DNA of 64,000 nt from Nemertoderma westbladi (taxonomy: Eukaryota; Animalia; Xenacoelomorpha), in the NCBI GenBank assembly GCA_032718475.1, contig JAUCBJ010001975.1, forward strand, positions 36,649 to 100,648, given 5' to 3'. The number at the start of each line of letters is the position of its first letter. The stretch's first letter is position 1. Below the pieces are notes generated by a model. The model was not told the origin of the DNA. It saw only the letters and a list, made by a program, of their open reading frames with translations, and searched no databases. The position numbers and the translations under genes were made by a program. Of the stretch, positions 51,801-63,926 are shown piece by piece.

Positions 51801-54800
51801 AATATTTTGCCATTACAGGTAGCGTTCTCTATTTTACTAATATTTTCCCATTATAGGTAGCATTCTCTATTTTACTAATATTTTGCCATTACAGGTAGCG
51901 TTCTCTATTTTACTAATATTTTGCCATTACAGGTAGCGTTCTCTATTTTACTAATATTTTGCCATTATAGGTAGCGTTCTCTATTTTACTAATATTTTCC
52001 CATTATAGGTAGCGTTCTCTATTTTACTAATATTTTGCCATTACAGGTAGCGTTCTCTATTTTACTAATATTTTGCCTTATAGGTAGCGTTCTCTATTTT
52101 ACTAATATTTTGCCATTACAGGTAGCGTTCTCTATTTTACTAATATTTTGCCATTACAGGTAGCGTTCTCTATTTTACTAATATTTTGCCTTATAGGTAG
52201 CGTTCTCTATTTTACTAATATTTTGCCATTATAGGTAGCGTTCTCTATTTTACTAATATTTTGCCATTATATGTAGCGTTCACTATTTTACTAATATTTT
52301 CCCATTATAGGTAGCGTTCTCTATTTTACTAATATTTTGCCATTATAGGTAGCGTTCTCTATTTTACTAATATTTTGCCATTACAGGTAGCGTTCTCTAT
52401 TTTACTAATATTTTGCCATTATAGGTAGCGTTCTCTATTTTACTAATATTTTGCCATTACAGGTAGCGTTCTCTATTTTACTAATATTTTGCCATTACAG
52501 GTAGCGTTCTCTATTTTACTAATATTTTGCCATTACAGGTAGCGTTCTCTATTTTACTAATATTTTGCCATTATTGGTAGCGTTCTCTATTTTACTAATA
52601 TTTTGCCATTATAGGTAGCGTTCTCTATTTTACTAATATTTTCCCATTATTGGTAGCGTTCATTATTTTACTAATATTTTGCCATTATAGGTAGCGTTCT
52701 CTATTTTACTAATATTTTCCCATTAGAGGTAGCGTCTCTATTTTACTAATATTTTGCCATTACAGGTAGCGTTCTCTATTTTACTAATATTTTGCCATTA
52801 TAGGTAGCGTTCTCTATTTTACTAATATTTTCCCATTAGAGGTAGCGTCTCTATTTTACTAATATTTTGCCATTACAGGTAGCGTTCTCTATTTTACTAA
52901 TATTTTGCCATTATAGGTAGCGTTCTCTATTTTACTAATATTTTGCCATTACAGGTAGCGTTCTCTATTTTACTAATATTTTGCCATTATAGGTAGCGTT
53001 CTCTATTTTACTAATATTTTGCCATTACAGGTAGCGTTCTCTATTTTACTAATATTTTGCCATTATAGATAGCGTTCTCTATTTTACTAATATTTTGCCA
53101 TTACAGGTAGCGTTCTCTATTTTACTAATATTTTGCCATTACAGGTAGCGTTCTCTATTTTACTAATATTTTGCCATTATTGGTAGCGTTCTCTATTTTA
53201 CTAATATTTTGCCATTACAGGTAGCGTTCTCTATTTTACTAATATTTTGCCATTACAGGTAGCGTTCTCTATTTTACTAATATTTTGCCATTATAGGTAG
53301 CGTTCTCTATTTTACTAATATTTTGCCATTATAGATAGCGTTCTCTATTTTACTAATATTTTGCCATTATAGATAGCGTTCTCTATTTTACTAATATTTT
53401 GCCATTACAGGTAGCGTTCTCTATTTTACTAATATTTTGCCATTACAGGTAGCGTTCTCTATTTTACTAATATTTTGCCATTATTGGTAGCGTTCTCTAT
53501 TTTACTAATATTTTGCCATTACAGGTAGCGTTCTCTATTTTACTAATATTTTGCCATTATAGGTAGCGTTCTCTATTTTACTAATATTTTGCCATTATTG
53601 GTAGCGTTCTCTATTTTACTAATATTTTGCCATTACAGGTAGCGTTCTCTATTTTACTAATATTTTGCCATTATAGGTAGCGTTCTCTATTTTACTAATA
53701 TTTTGCCATTACAGGTAGCGTTCTCTATTTTACTAATATTTTGCCATTACAGGTAGCGTTCTCTATTTTACTAATATTTTGCCATTACAGGTAGCGTTCT
53801 CTATTTTACTAATATTTTGCCATTATTGGTAGCGTTCTCTATTTTACTAATATTTTGCCATTATAGGTAGCGTTCTCTATTTTACTAATATTTTCCCATT
53901 ATTGGTAGCGTTCATTATTTTACTAATATTTTGCCATTATAGGTAGCGTTCTCTATTTTACTAATATTTTCCCATTAGAGGTAGCGTCTCTATTTTACTA
54001 ATATTTTGCCATTACAGGTAGCGTTCTCTATTTTACTAATATTTTGCCATTATAGGTAGCGTTCTCTATTTTACTAATATTTTCCCATTAGAGGTAGCGT
54101 CTCTATTTTACTAATATTTTGCCATTACAGGTAGCGTTCTCTATTTTACTAATATTTTGCCATTATAGGTAGCGTTCTCTATTTTACTAATATTTTGCCA
54201 TTACAGGTAGCGTTCTCTATTTTACTAATATTTTGCCATTATAGGTAGCGTTCTCTATTTTACTAATATTTTGCCATTACAGGTAGCGTTCTCTATTTTA
54301 CTAATATTTTGCCATTATAGATAGCGTTCTCTATTTTACTAATATTTTGCCATTACAGGTAGCGTTCTCTATTTTACTAATATTTTGCCATTACAGGTAG
54401 CGTTCTCTATTTTACTAATATTTTGCCATTATAGGTAGCGTTCTCTATTTTACTAATATTTTGCCTTATAGGTAGCGTTCTCTATTTTACTAATATTTTG
54501 CCATATAGGTAGCGTTCTCTATTTTACTAATATTTTGCCTTATAGGTAGCGTTCTCTATTTTACTAATACTTTGCCATTATTGGTAGCGTTCTCTATTTT
54601 ACTAATATTTTGCCATTATTGGTAGCGTTCTCTATTTTACTAATATTTTGCCATTATAGGTAGCGTTCTCTATTTTACTAATATTTTGCCTTATAGGTAG
54701 CGTTCTCTATTTTACTAATATTTTGCCATATAGGTAGCGTTCTCTATTTTACTAATATTTTGCCTTATAGGTAGCGTTCTCTATTTTACTAATACTTTGC

Positions 54801-57800
54801 CATTATTGGTAGCGTTCTCTATTTTACTAATATTTTCCCATTATAGGTAGCGTTCTCTATTTTACTAATATTTTGCCATTATAGGTAGCGTTCACTATTT
54901 TACTAATATTTTGCCATTATAGGTAGCGTTCTCTATTTTACTAATATTTTGCCATTATAGGTAGCGTTCTCTATTTTACTATTATTTTGCCATTATAGGT
55001 AGCGTTCTCTATTTTACTAATATTTTCCCATTACAGGTAGCATTCTCTATTTTACTAATATTTTGCCATTACAGGTAGCGTTCTCTATTTTACTAATATT
55101 TTGCCATTATAGGTAGCGTTCTCTATTTTACTAATATTTTGCCATTACAGGTAGCGTTCTCTATTTTACTAATATTTTGCCATTACAGGTAGCGTTCTCT
55201 ATTTTACTAATATTTTGCCATTACAGGTAGCGTTCTCTATTTTACTAATATTTTGCCATTATTGGTAGCGTTCTCTATTTTACTAATATTTTGCCATTAT
55301 AGGTAGCGTTCTCTATTTTACTAATATTTTCCCATTATTGGTAGCGTTCATTATTTTACTAATATTTTGCCATTATAGGTAGCGTTCTCTATTTTACTAA
55401 TATTTTCCCATTAGAGGTAGCGTCTCTATTTTACTAATATTTTGCCATTACAGGTAGCGTTCTCTATTTTACTAATATTTTGCCATTATAGGTAGCGTTC
55501 TCTATTTTACTAATATTTTCCCATTAGAGGTAGCGTCTCTATTTTACTAATATTTTGCCATTACAGGTAGCGTTCTCTATTTTACTAATATTTTGCCATT
55601 ATAGGTAGCGTTCTCTATTTTACTAATATTTTGCCATTACAGGTAGCGTTCTCTATTTTACTAATATTTTGCCATTATAGGTAGCGTTCTCTATTTTACT
55701 AATATTTTGCCATTACAGGTAGCGTTCTCTATTTTACTAATATTTTGCCATTATAGATAGCGTTCTCTATTTTACTAATATTTTGCCATTACAGGTAGCG
55801 TTCTCTATTTTACTAATATTTTGCCATTACAGGTAGCGTTCTCTATTTTACTAATATTTTGCCATTATTGGTAGCGTTCTCTATTTTACTAATATTTTGC
55901 CATTACAGGTAGCGTTCTCTATTTTACTAATATTTTGCCATTACAGGTAGCGTTCTCTATTTTACTAATATTTTGCCATTATAGGTAGCGTTCTCTATTT
56001 TACTAATATTTTGCCATTATAGATAGCGTTCTCTATTTTACTAATATTTTGCCATTATAGATAGCGTTCTCTATTTTACTAATATTTTGCCATTACAGGT
56101 AGCGTTCTCTATTTTACTAATATTTTGCCATTACAGGTAGCGTTCTCTATTTTACTAATATTTTGCCATTATTGGTAGCGTTCTCTATTTTACTAATATT
56201 TTGCCATTACAGGTAGCGTTCTCTATTTTACTAATATTTTGCCATTATAGGTAGCGTTCTCTATTTTACTAATATTTTGCCATTATTGGTAGCGTTCTCT
56301 ATTTTACTAATATTTTGCCATTACAGGTAGCGTTCTCTATTTTACTAATATTTTGCCATTATAGGTAGCGTTCTCTATTTTACTAATATTTTGCCATTAC
56401 AGGTAGCGTTCTCTATTTTACTAATATTTTGCCATTACAGGTAGCGTTCTCTATTTTACTAATATTTTGCCATTACAGGTAGCGTTCTCTATTTTACTAA
56501 TATTTTGCCATTATTGGTAGCGTTCTCTATTTTACTAATATTTTGCCATTATAGGTAGCGTTCTCTATTTTACTAATATTTTCCCATTATTGGTAGCGTT
56601 CATTATTTTACTAATATTTTGCCATTATAGGTAGCGTTCTCTATTTTACTAATATTTTCCCATTAGAGGTAGCGTCTCTATTTTACTAATATTTTGCCAT
56701 TACAGGTAGCGTTCTCTATTTTACTAATATTTTGCCATTATAGGTAGCGTTCTCTATTTTACTAATATTTTCCCATTAGAGGTAGCGTCTCTATTTTACT
56801 AATATTTTGCCATTACAGGTAGCGTTCTCTATTTTACTAATATTTTGCCATTATAGGTAGCGTTCTCTATTTTACTAATATTTTGCCATTACAGGTAGCG
56901 TTCTCTATTTTACTAATATTTTGCCATTATAGGTAGCGTTCTCTATTTTACTAATATTTTGCCATTACAGGTAGCGTTCTCTATTTTACTAATATTTTGC
57001 CATTATAGATAGCGTTCTCTATTTTACTAATATTTTGCCATTACAGGTAGCGTTCTCTATTTTACTAATATTTTGCCATTACAGGTAGCGTTCTCTATTT
57101 TACTAATATTTTGCCATTATAGGTAGCGTTCTCTATTTTACTAATATTTTGCCTTATAGGTAGCGTTCTCTATTTTACTAATATTTTGCCATATAGGTAG
57201 CGTTCTCTATTTTACTAATATTTTGCCTTATAGGTAGCGTTCTCTATTTTACTAATACTTTGCCATTATTGGTAGCGTTCTCTATTTTACTAATATTTTG
57301 CCATTATTGGTAGCGTTCTCTATTTTACTAATATTTTGCCATTATAGGTAGCGTTCTCTATTTTACTAATATTTTGCCTTATAGGTAGCGTTCTCTATTT
57401 TACTAATATTTTGCCATATAGGTAGCGTTCTCTATTTTACTAATATTTTGCCTTATAGGTAGCGTTCTCTATTTTACTAATACTTTGCCATTATTGGTAG
57501 CGTTCTCTATTTTACTAATATTTTCCCATTATAGGTAGCGTTCTCTATTTTACTAATATTTTGCCATTATAGGTAGCGTTCACTATTTTACTAATATTTT
57601 GCCATTATAGGTAGCGTTCTCTATTTTACTAATATTTTGCCATTATAGGTAGCGTTCTCTATTTTACTATTATTTTGCCATTATAGGTAGCGTTCTCTAT
57701 TTTACTAATATTTTCCCATTACAGGTAGCATTCTCTATTTTACTAATATTTTGCCATTACAGGTAGCGTTCTCTATTTTACTAATATTTTGCCATTACAG

Positions 57801-60800
57801 GTAGCGTTCTCTATTTTACTAATATTTTGCCATTACAGGTAGCGTTCTCTATTTTACTAATATTTTGCCATTACAGGTAGCGTTCTCTTTTTACAAATAT
57901 TTTATATTTTCTGTTCTATTTTACTAATATTTTGCCATTACAGGTAGCGTTCTCTATTTTACTAATATTTTGCCATTACAGGTAGCATTCTCTATTTTAC
58001 TAATATTTTGCCATTACAGGTAGCGTTCTCTATTTTACTAATATTTTGCCATTACAGGTAGCGTTCTCTATTTTACTAATATTTTGCCATTACAGGTAGC
58101 GTTCTCTATTTTACTAATATTTTCCCATTATAGGTAGCATTCTCTATTTTACTAATATTTTGCCATTACAGGTAGCGTTCTCTATTTTACTAATATTTTG
58201 CCATTACAGGTAGCGTTCTCTATTTTACTAATATTTTGCCATTATAGGTAGCGTTCTCTATTTTACTAATATTTTCCCATTATAGGTAGCGTTCTCTATT
58301 TTACTAATATTTTGCCATTACAGGTAGCGTTCTCTATTTTACTAATATTTTGCCTTATAGGTAGCGTTCTCTATTTTACTAATATTTTGCCATTACAGGT
58401 AGCGTTCTCTATTTTACTAATATTTTGCCATTACAGGTAGCGTTCTCTATTTTACTAATATTTTGCCTTATAGGTAGCGTTCTCTATTTTACTAATATTT
58501 TGCCATTATAGGTAGCGTTCTCTATTTTACTAATATTTTGCCATTATAGGTAGCGTTCACTATTTTACTAATATTTTCCCATTATAGGTAGCGTTCTCTA
58601 TTTTACTAATATTTTGCCATTATAGGTAGCGTTCTCTATTTTACTAATATTTTGCCATTACAGGTAGCGTTCTCTATTTTACTAATATTTTGCCATTATA
58701 GGTAGCGTTCTCTATTTTACTAATATTTTGCCATTACAGGTAGCGTTCTCTATTTTACTAATATTTTGCCATTACAGGTAGCGTTCTCTATTTTACTAAT
58801 ATTTTGCCATTACAGGTAGCGTTCTCTATTTTACTAATATTTTGCCATTATTGGTAGCGTTCTCTATTTTACTAATATTTTGCCATTATAGGTAGCGTTC
58901 TCTATTTTACTAATATTTTCCCATTATTGGTAGCGTTCATTATTTTACTAATATTTTGCCATTATAGGTAGCGTTCTCTATTTTACTAATATTTTCCCAT
59001 TAGAGGTAGCGTCTCTATTTTACTAATATTTTGCCATTACAGGTAGCGTTCTCTATTTTACTAATATTTTGCCATTATAGGTAGCGTTCTCTATTTTACT
59101 AATATTTTCCCATTAGAGGTAGCGTCTCTATTTTACTAATATTTTGCCATTACAGGTAGCGTTCTCTATTTTACTAATATTTTGCCATTATAGGTAGCGT
59201 TCTCTATTTTACTAATATTTTGCCATTACAGGTAGCGTTCTCTATTTTACTAATATTTTGCCATTATAGGTAGCGTTCTCTATTTTACTAATATTTTGCC
59301 ATTACAGGTAGCGTTCTCTATTTTACTAATATTTTGCCATTATAGATAGCGTTCTCTATTTTACTAATATTTTGCCATTACAGGTAGCGTTCTCTATTTT
59401 ACTAATATTTTGCCATTACAGGTAGCGTTCTCTATTTTACTAATATTTTGCCATTATTGGTAGCGTTCTCTATTTTACTAATATTTTGCCATTACAGGTA
59501 GCGTTCTCTATTTTACTAATATTTTGCCATTACAGGTAGCGTTCTCTATTTTACTAATATTTTGCCATTATAGGTAGCGTTCTCTATTTTACTAATATTT
59601 TGCCATTATAGATAGCGTTCTCTATTTTACTAATATTTTGCCATTATAGATAGCGTTCTCTATTTTACTAATATTTTGCCATTACAGGTAGCGTTCTCTA
59701 TTTTACTAATATTTTGCCATTACAGGTAGCGTTCTCTATTTTACTAATATTTTGCCATTATTGGTAGCGTTCTCTATTTTACTAATATTTTGCCATTACA
59801 GGTAGCGTTCTCTATTTTACTAATATTTTGCCATTATAGGTAGCGTTCTCTATTTTACTAATATTTTGCCATTATTGGTAGCGTTCTCTATTTTACTAAT
59901 ATTTTGCCATTATAGATAGCGTTCTCTATTTTACTAATATTTTGCCATTATAGATAGCGTTCTCTATTTTACTAATATTTTGCCATTACAGGTAGCGTTC
60001 TCTATTTTACTAATATTTTGCCATTACAGGTAGCGTTCTCTATTTTACTAATATTTTGCCATTATAGGTAGCGTTCTCTATTTTACTAATATTTTGCCAT
60101 TATAGATAGCGTTCTCTATTTTACTAATATTTTGCCATTACAGGTAGCGTTCTCTATTTTACTAATATTTTGCAATTATAGATAGCGTTCTCTATTTTAC
60201 TAATATTTTGCCATTACAGGTAGCGTTCTCTATTTTACTAATATTTTGCCATTATTGGTAGCGTTCTCTATTTTACTAATATTTTGCCATTATTGGTAGC
60301 GTTCTCTATTTTACTAATATTTTGCCATTATAGGTAGCGTTCTCTATTTTACTAATATTTTGCCATTACAGGTAGCGTTCTCTATTTTACTAATATTTTG
60401 CCATTACAGGTAGCGTTCTCTATTTTACTAATATTTTGCCATTATAGGTAGCGTTCTCTATTTTACTAATATTTTGCCATTACAGGTAGCGTTCTCTATT
60501 TTACTAATATTTTGCCATTACAGGTAGCGTTCTCTATTTTACTAATATTTTGCCATTACAGGTAGCGTTCTCTATTTTACTAATATTTTGCCATTACAGG
60601 TAGCGTTCTCTATTTTACTAATATTTTGCCATTATAGGTAGCGTTCTCTATTTTACTAATATTTTGCCATTATAGATAGCGTTCTCTATTTTACTAATAT
60701 TTTGCCATTACAGGTAGCGTTCTCTATTTTACTAATATTTTGCCATTATTGGTAGCGTTCTCTATTTTACTAATATTTTGCCATTATAGGTAGCGTTCTC

Positions 60801-61185
60801 TATTTTACTAATATTTTGCCATTTCAGGTAGCGTTCTCTATTTTACTAATATTTTGCCATTACAGGTAGCGTTCTCTATTTTACTAATATTTTGCCATTA
60901 TAGGTAGCGTTCTCTATTTTACTAATATTTTGCCATTACAGGTAGCGTTCTCTATTTTACTAATATTTTGCCATTACAGGTAGCGTTCTCTATTTTACTA
61001 ATATTTTGCCATTACAGGTAGCGTTCTCTATTTTACTAATATTTTGCCATTATAGGTAGCGTTCTCTATTTTACTAATATTTTGCCATTACAGGTAGCGT
61101 TCTCTATTTTACTAATATTTTGCCATTACAGGTAGCGTTCTCTATTTTACTAATATTTTGCCATTACAGGTAGCGTTCTCTATTT
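42851..61185 (+). repeat. 38-bp satellite made of the branch point, 3' splice site and first 16 nt of the next exon (about 480 copies)
   Basis: Monomer GTAGCGTTCTCTATTTTACTAATATTTTGCCATTA(C/T)AG. The final junction CAG|GTAGCGTTCTCTATTT at 61169/61170 is the real acceptor, running into unique coding sequence. Confidence 0.97.
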
Positions 61186-61322
61186 CGATTGCGAGGACTG
61201 CCATTGTCGGAATGCTGCATTCGACTGTCAGAAGAAAGATTGCCCACCAACTAAATGTCCAGATCATTTCTATTGCGATGGTTACCCTGACTGCGCAGAG
61301 GGAGTCGATGAACAGAACTGCA
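61170..61322 (+). CDS. Exon (153 nt, phase 1/1): E/vWC-like module and first partial LDLa, GSVLYFDCEDCHCRNAAFDCQKKDCPPTKCPDHFYCDGYPDCAEGVDEQNC
   Basis: Completes the Gly codon G|GT from the previous exon (YPPG-SVL..DC..C.C). Donor A|GTATGT. LDLa motif CDG..DC..G.DE..C. Confidence 0.92.
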
Positions 61323-61874
61323 GTATGTATAGAGTCATAGAGACTAAGTCTCTATGAGATAGATAGTCACTAAAGGCTGGGCTACTGACTGTATTCTTTC
61401 AGTAGGCCTATAATAGTACCGAATTATAAGCTCATATGGTGGTTCTTTTATTAATATTATTTCTTTTATTTTCCGAAACTCAATTAAAATTACAATATAA
61501 AATTAACAGAGGCAGTATGGGTGGGGCCAACCGTCGTTTATGGTTGATGGGAAATAAGCGTCAGAAGCAGCATCGCCATTGGATGGAATGCCCTACTGTA
61601 GTGCTGTACTGTACACATATATATTGACACTACATTATTACCGCACTAATATGTCAGAATACATAAAACTTTAAAAATAAAATGTGTGTGTCCGTTTTTG
61701 CGACATTTATGTTGTCGCCAGAGGCTTGCAGGATTACCACGCACCAAAGTAACCATAGAGTACTACTACTGTTACCACAGCCTTCCATTTGTGTTATTTG
61801 CTCACGAATGAAATATAATTAACTTTAAAACTGAATTATTCTATATTGTAATTTTCCAAATCTGTATTTTTCAG

Positions 61875-61991
61875 CTGTGCCGACCTGCGCTCCATACGAA
61901 ATGCCTTGCGATAATGGATTCCATTGTTACGACGAGAGTCAAAGGTGCGATGGCTCCTACCGATGTTGGGATTATTCCGATGAATATGACT
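61875..61991 (+). CDS. Exon (117 nt, phase 1/1): LDLa repeat, TVPTCAPYEMPCDNGFHCYDESQRCDGSYRCWDYSDEYDC
   Basis: Acceptor gtatttttcag|C and donor T|GTAAGT. Six-Cys LDLa pattern with SDE. Confidence 0.92.
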
Positions 61992-62154
61992 GTAAGTATA
62001 GAGATTGTGTAAGGGGATCACTTCCCTTTTAAACTTTTTGTAACCAATGTTGTCTCTATTTTTAAATATGCAACATAGGCTAGAGATAATAATGATTTAA
62101 TTAAATGCCATATTCCTTTATAACATTTTGTTGGGCACAACTTTTGTATAGTCA

Positions 62155-62225
62155 GCAATGACGGCATCGAACTGGTGACCACCGGGTTGGAAGTCTGACG
62201 CTCTAACCATTCAGCTGTCGTCTCA
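62155..62225 (-). pseudogene. Degenerate tRNA-derived sequence (SINE head or tRNA pseudogene)
   Basis: Minus strand ...CAGCTGAATGGTTAGAGCGTCAGACTTCCAACCCGGTGGTCACCAGTTCGATGCC... has A-box and B-box (GTTCGA) at tRNA spacing, but the stems do not pair well. Confidence 0.55.
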
Positions 62226-62435
62226 GGTAAAAGATAGACCTAGAAATACTATCTAATAATACCCTGCATGTCCGCAATTTACCTCCTCATGGCCTCCCAA
62301 CTGCCAATCAAACACATAATTTTACAACTGTCAATACCATCATATGCTGCCACTACTGTGCTCAACCCTACTGTAGATGAAACCATTCATTCACCCATAA
62401 AACCAAAAAAATAAATTATAAATATTCATTTATAG

Positions 62436-62635
62436 GCGAGGAATGTGTTAGTCCAATGATCCAATGCCCAGGAAGCGGTAAATGTTTGACTCCCGATAAA
62501 CTCTGTGATGGTATCCCGGATTGCGACCAACCAGGGGTGTATATCGACGAGGATCCGGATGCATGCCCAATAATATGTAACCAGACTATGTTCCAGTGCG
62601 GATCTGTTAAGGGATTCTGTATACCTCCTGAGAAG
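62436..62635 (+). CDS. Exon (200 nt, phase 1/0): LDLa repeats, EECVSPMIQCPGSGKCLTPDKLCDGIPDCDQPGVYIDEDPDACPIICNQTMFQCGSVKGFCIPPEK
   Basis: Acceptor ttcatttatag|G and donor AAG|GTTAGC. Overlaps ORF 62456..62671. Confidence 0.93.
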
Positions 62636-63006
62636 GTTAGCTATACTCTTCATAAATATTATTATTGGTAATTAACTTTTTATTTTCTGTCTCCTCCCTT
62701 TCGGTGTCTAAGTCAACATTTTATTTTATATAGGGCATAGACTCATTAAATTATTTATTACAAAAGTACTCAGAGTATACTACCCACAGTAAACCCTTCC
62801 AATGCTTCCCAGTTAACCTTGGATCCCCAGTCCCAGATAGTGGGGCACATTGACCGCAAGTAAAAACGTGTTCTACAGGGCGTGAAAATTAACCGCAAGT
62901 TAAATAAACTTTCCTTTATTGTTTTGGTTAGAAAACACCGACACAGTAACCTGTTCATTCCCCTTAATGTTTTAATTTTTAATAATTTTCAAAAGGACTA
63001 GGTTAT

Positions 63007-63140
63007 GTGTAAAGTTGTGTAAAGTAAAGTTGTGTAAAGTAAAGTTGTGTAAAGTAAAGTTGTGTAAAGTAAAGTTGTGTAAAGTAAAGTTGTGTAAAGT
63101 AAAGTTGTGTAAAGTAAAGTTGTGTAATGTAAAGTTGTGT
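63007..63140. repeat. 15-bp minisatellite AAAGTTGTGTAAAGT (about 8-9 copies)
   Basis: Direct tandem repetition within the intron. Confidence 0.93.
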
Positions 63141-63238
63141 TATTGCTTATGTAAATATTAATGTTTATTTATTTCTCACTCGCCGTGGTTCATTCGATTC
63201 CCGGTATTTATTTGCTAAACTTTCCGGTTTATTTACAG

Positions 63239-63390
63239 AAATGCGATGGCCACGATGATTGTGGAGATATGTCAGACGAATCATCAGATGAATGTTGCCA
63301 AACGTGTCTCTCTGCTGATGAGTTCCTCTGTCAATGTAACAATGTATGCGAATGTGTCAAAGTGGAGGAATACTGCACTGGGGAAGCATA
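63239..63390 (+). CDS. Exon (152 nt, phase 0/2): LDLa end and atypical Cys-rich module, KCDGHDDCGDMSDESSDECCQTCLSADEFLCQCNNVCECVKVEEYCTGEA
   Basis: Acceptor tttatttacag|A and donor TA|GTTAGT, where the apparent TAG stop is split by the intron. CDG.DDCGD.SDE motif. Confidence 0.9.
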
Positions 63391-63529
63391 GTTAGTAGCA
63401 GAATAAACACTAAACATCTGCCGTGAATGTTCCGTGACACATTAATATCGTGTCTAGAGTCATCAATAAATAATGTTGAGTATCTAATAGGTTTAAACTA
63501 TTTAATTTATTTGTTTAATTATTCTTTAG

Positions 63530-63684
63530 CTGCGACTGTCCTGAGGCACTTTTACCAGATTGTCCGACAACCCCGCCCCCTACCTGTCCGCCAGACGAGT
63601 TTCTATGCAACGAGGGCACCTGCGCAGAGGAATGCAACTACCAATGCGAATGTATGGACTGCGAAGATGAACCAATGTCGTGCA
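63530..63684 (+). CDS. Exon (155 nt, phase 2/1): Pro/Thr linker and divergent LDLa-like module, YCDCPEALLPDCPTTPPPTCPPDEFLCNEGTCAEECNYQCECMDCEDEPMSC
   Basis: Acceptor attctttag|C completes the Tyr codon TA|C. Donor A|GTGAGT. 'TC.PDEF.C..G.C' LDLa start. Confidence 0.88.
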
Positions 63685-63926
63685 GTGAGTTAATAAATCA
63701 GTTAAAATAATTATTAAACATTGATAAAAAAAAAACAATAAATCAATAAATGTCATTTTGAGATAAACAATGAAATTAGTTTTGTCTAAAGTGAAGAAAT
63801 ATTTCAGGAAGCCACTAGTGTTCGAACTAGTGCTTTGTTTTGTTTACTTTTATTTATTTCAAATTTTTTATTGTGTAGCAAACAAATATACTATAATTAT
63901 TGTCTGTTCGAAAAAAAAAATATATT

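Larger units (their letters stand above)
16325..63684 (+). other. SSPO: Partial multi-exon gene, SCO-spondin-like (vWD end - C8 - TIL - E/vWC-like - LDLa repeats); extends beyond both window ends
   Basis: Ten exons with AG/GT boundaries and matching phases join without stops: VRSTCP...DPCVSNSHREPWAKQ|VCSLINGQVFADCHSLV...YYDWCVFDSCG|CDKGGDCECPCTVIAAYAEEC...WRRPDFCPEMCENGQVYE|VCGPACSQNC...CVEGCYCPKGQVLDG|SRCV...YPPG|SVLYFDCEDCHC...CDGYPDCAEGVDEQNC..., then further LDLa modules. A D3-type assembly followed directly by LDLa repeats is the SCO-spondin architecture. Orthology is by recognition only. Confidence 0.8.

Noticed and set aside
62155-62225. Functional tRNA gene
   Set aside because: Acceptor and anticodon stems do not pair, and only A/B-box-like remnants remain.
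63389-63391. TAG as the gene's stop codon
   Set aside because: TA|GTTAGT is a donor, and the codon is completed as TAC by the in-frame exon at 63530.
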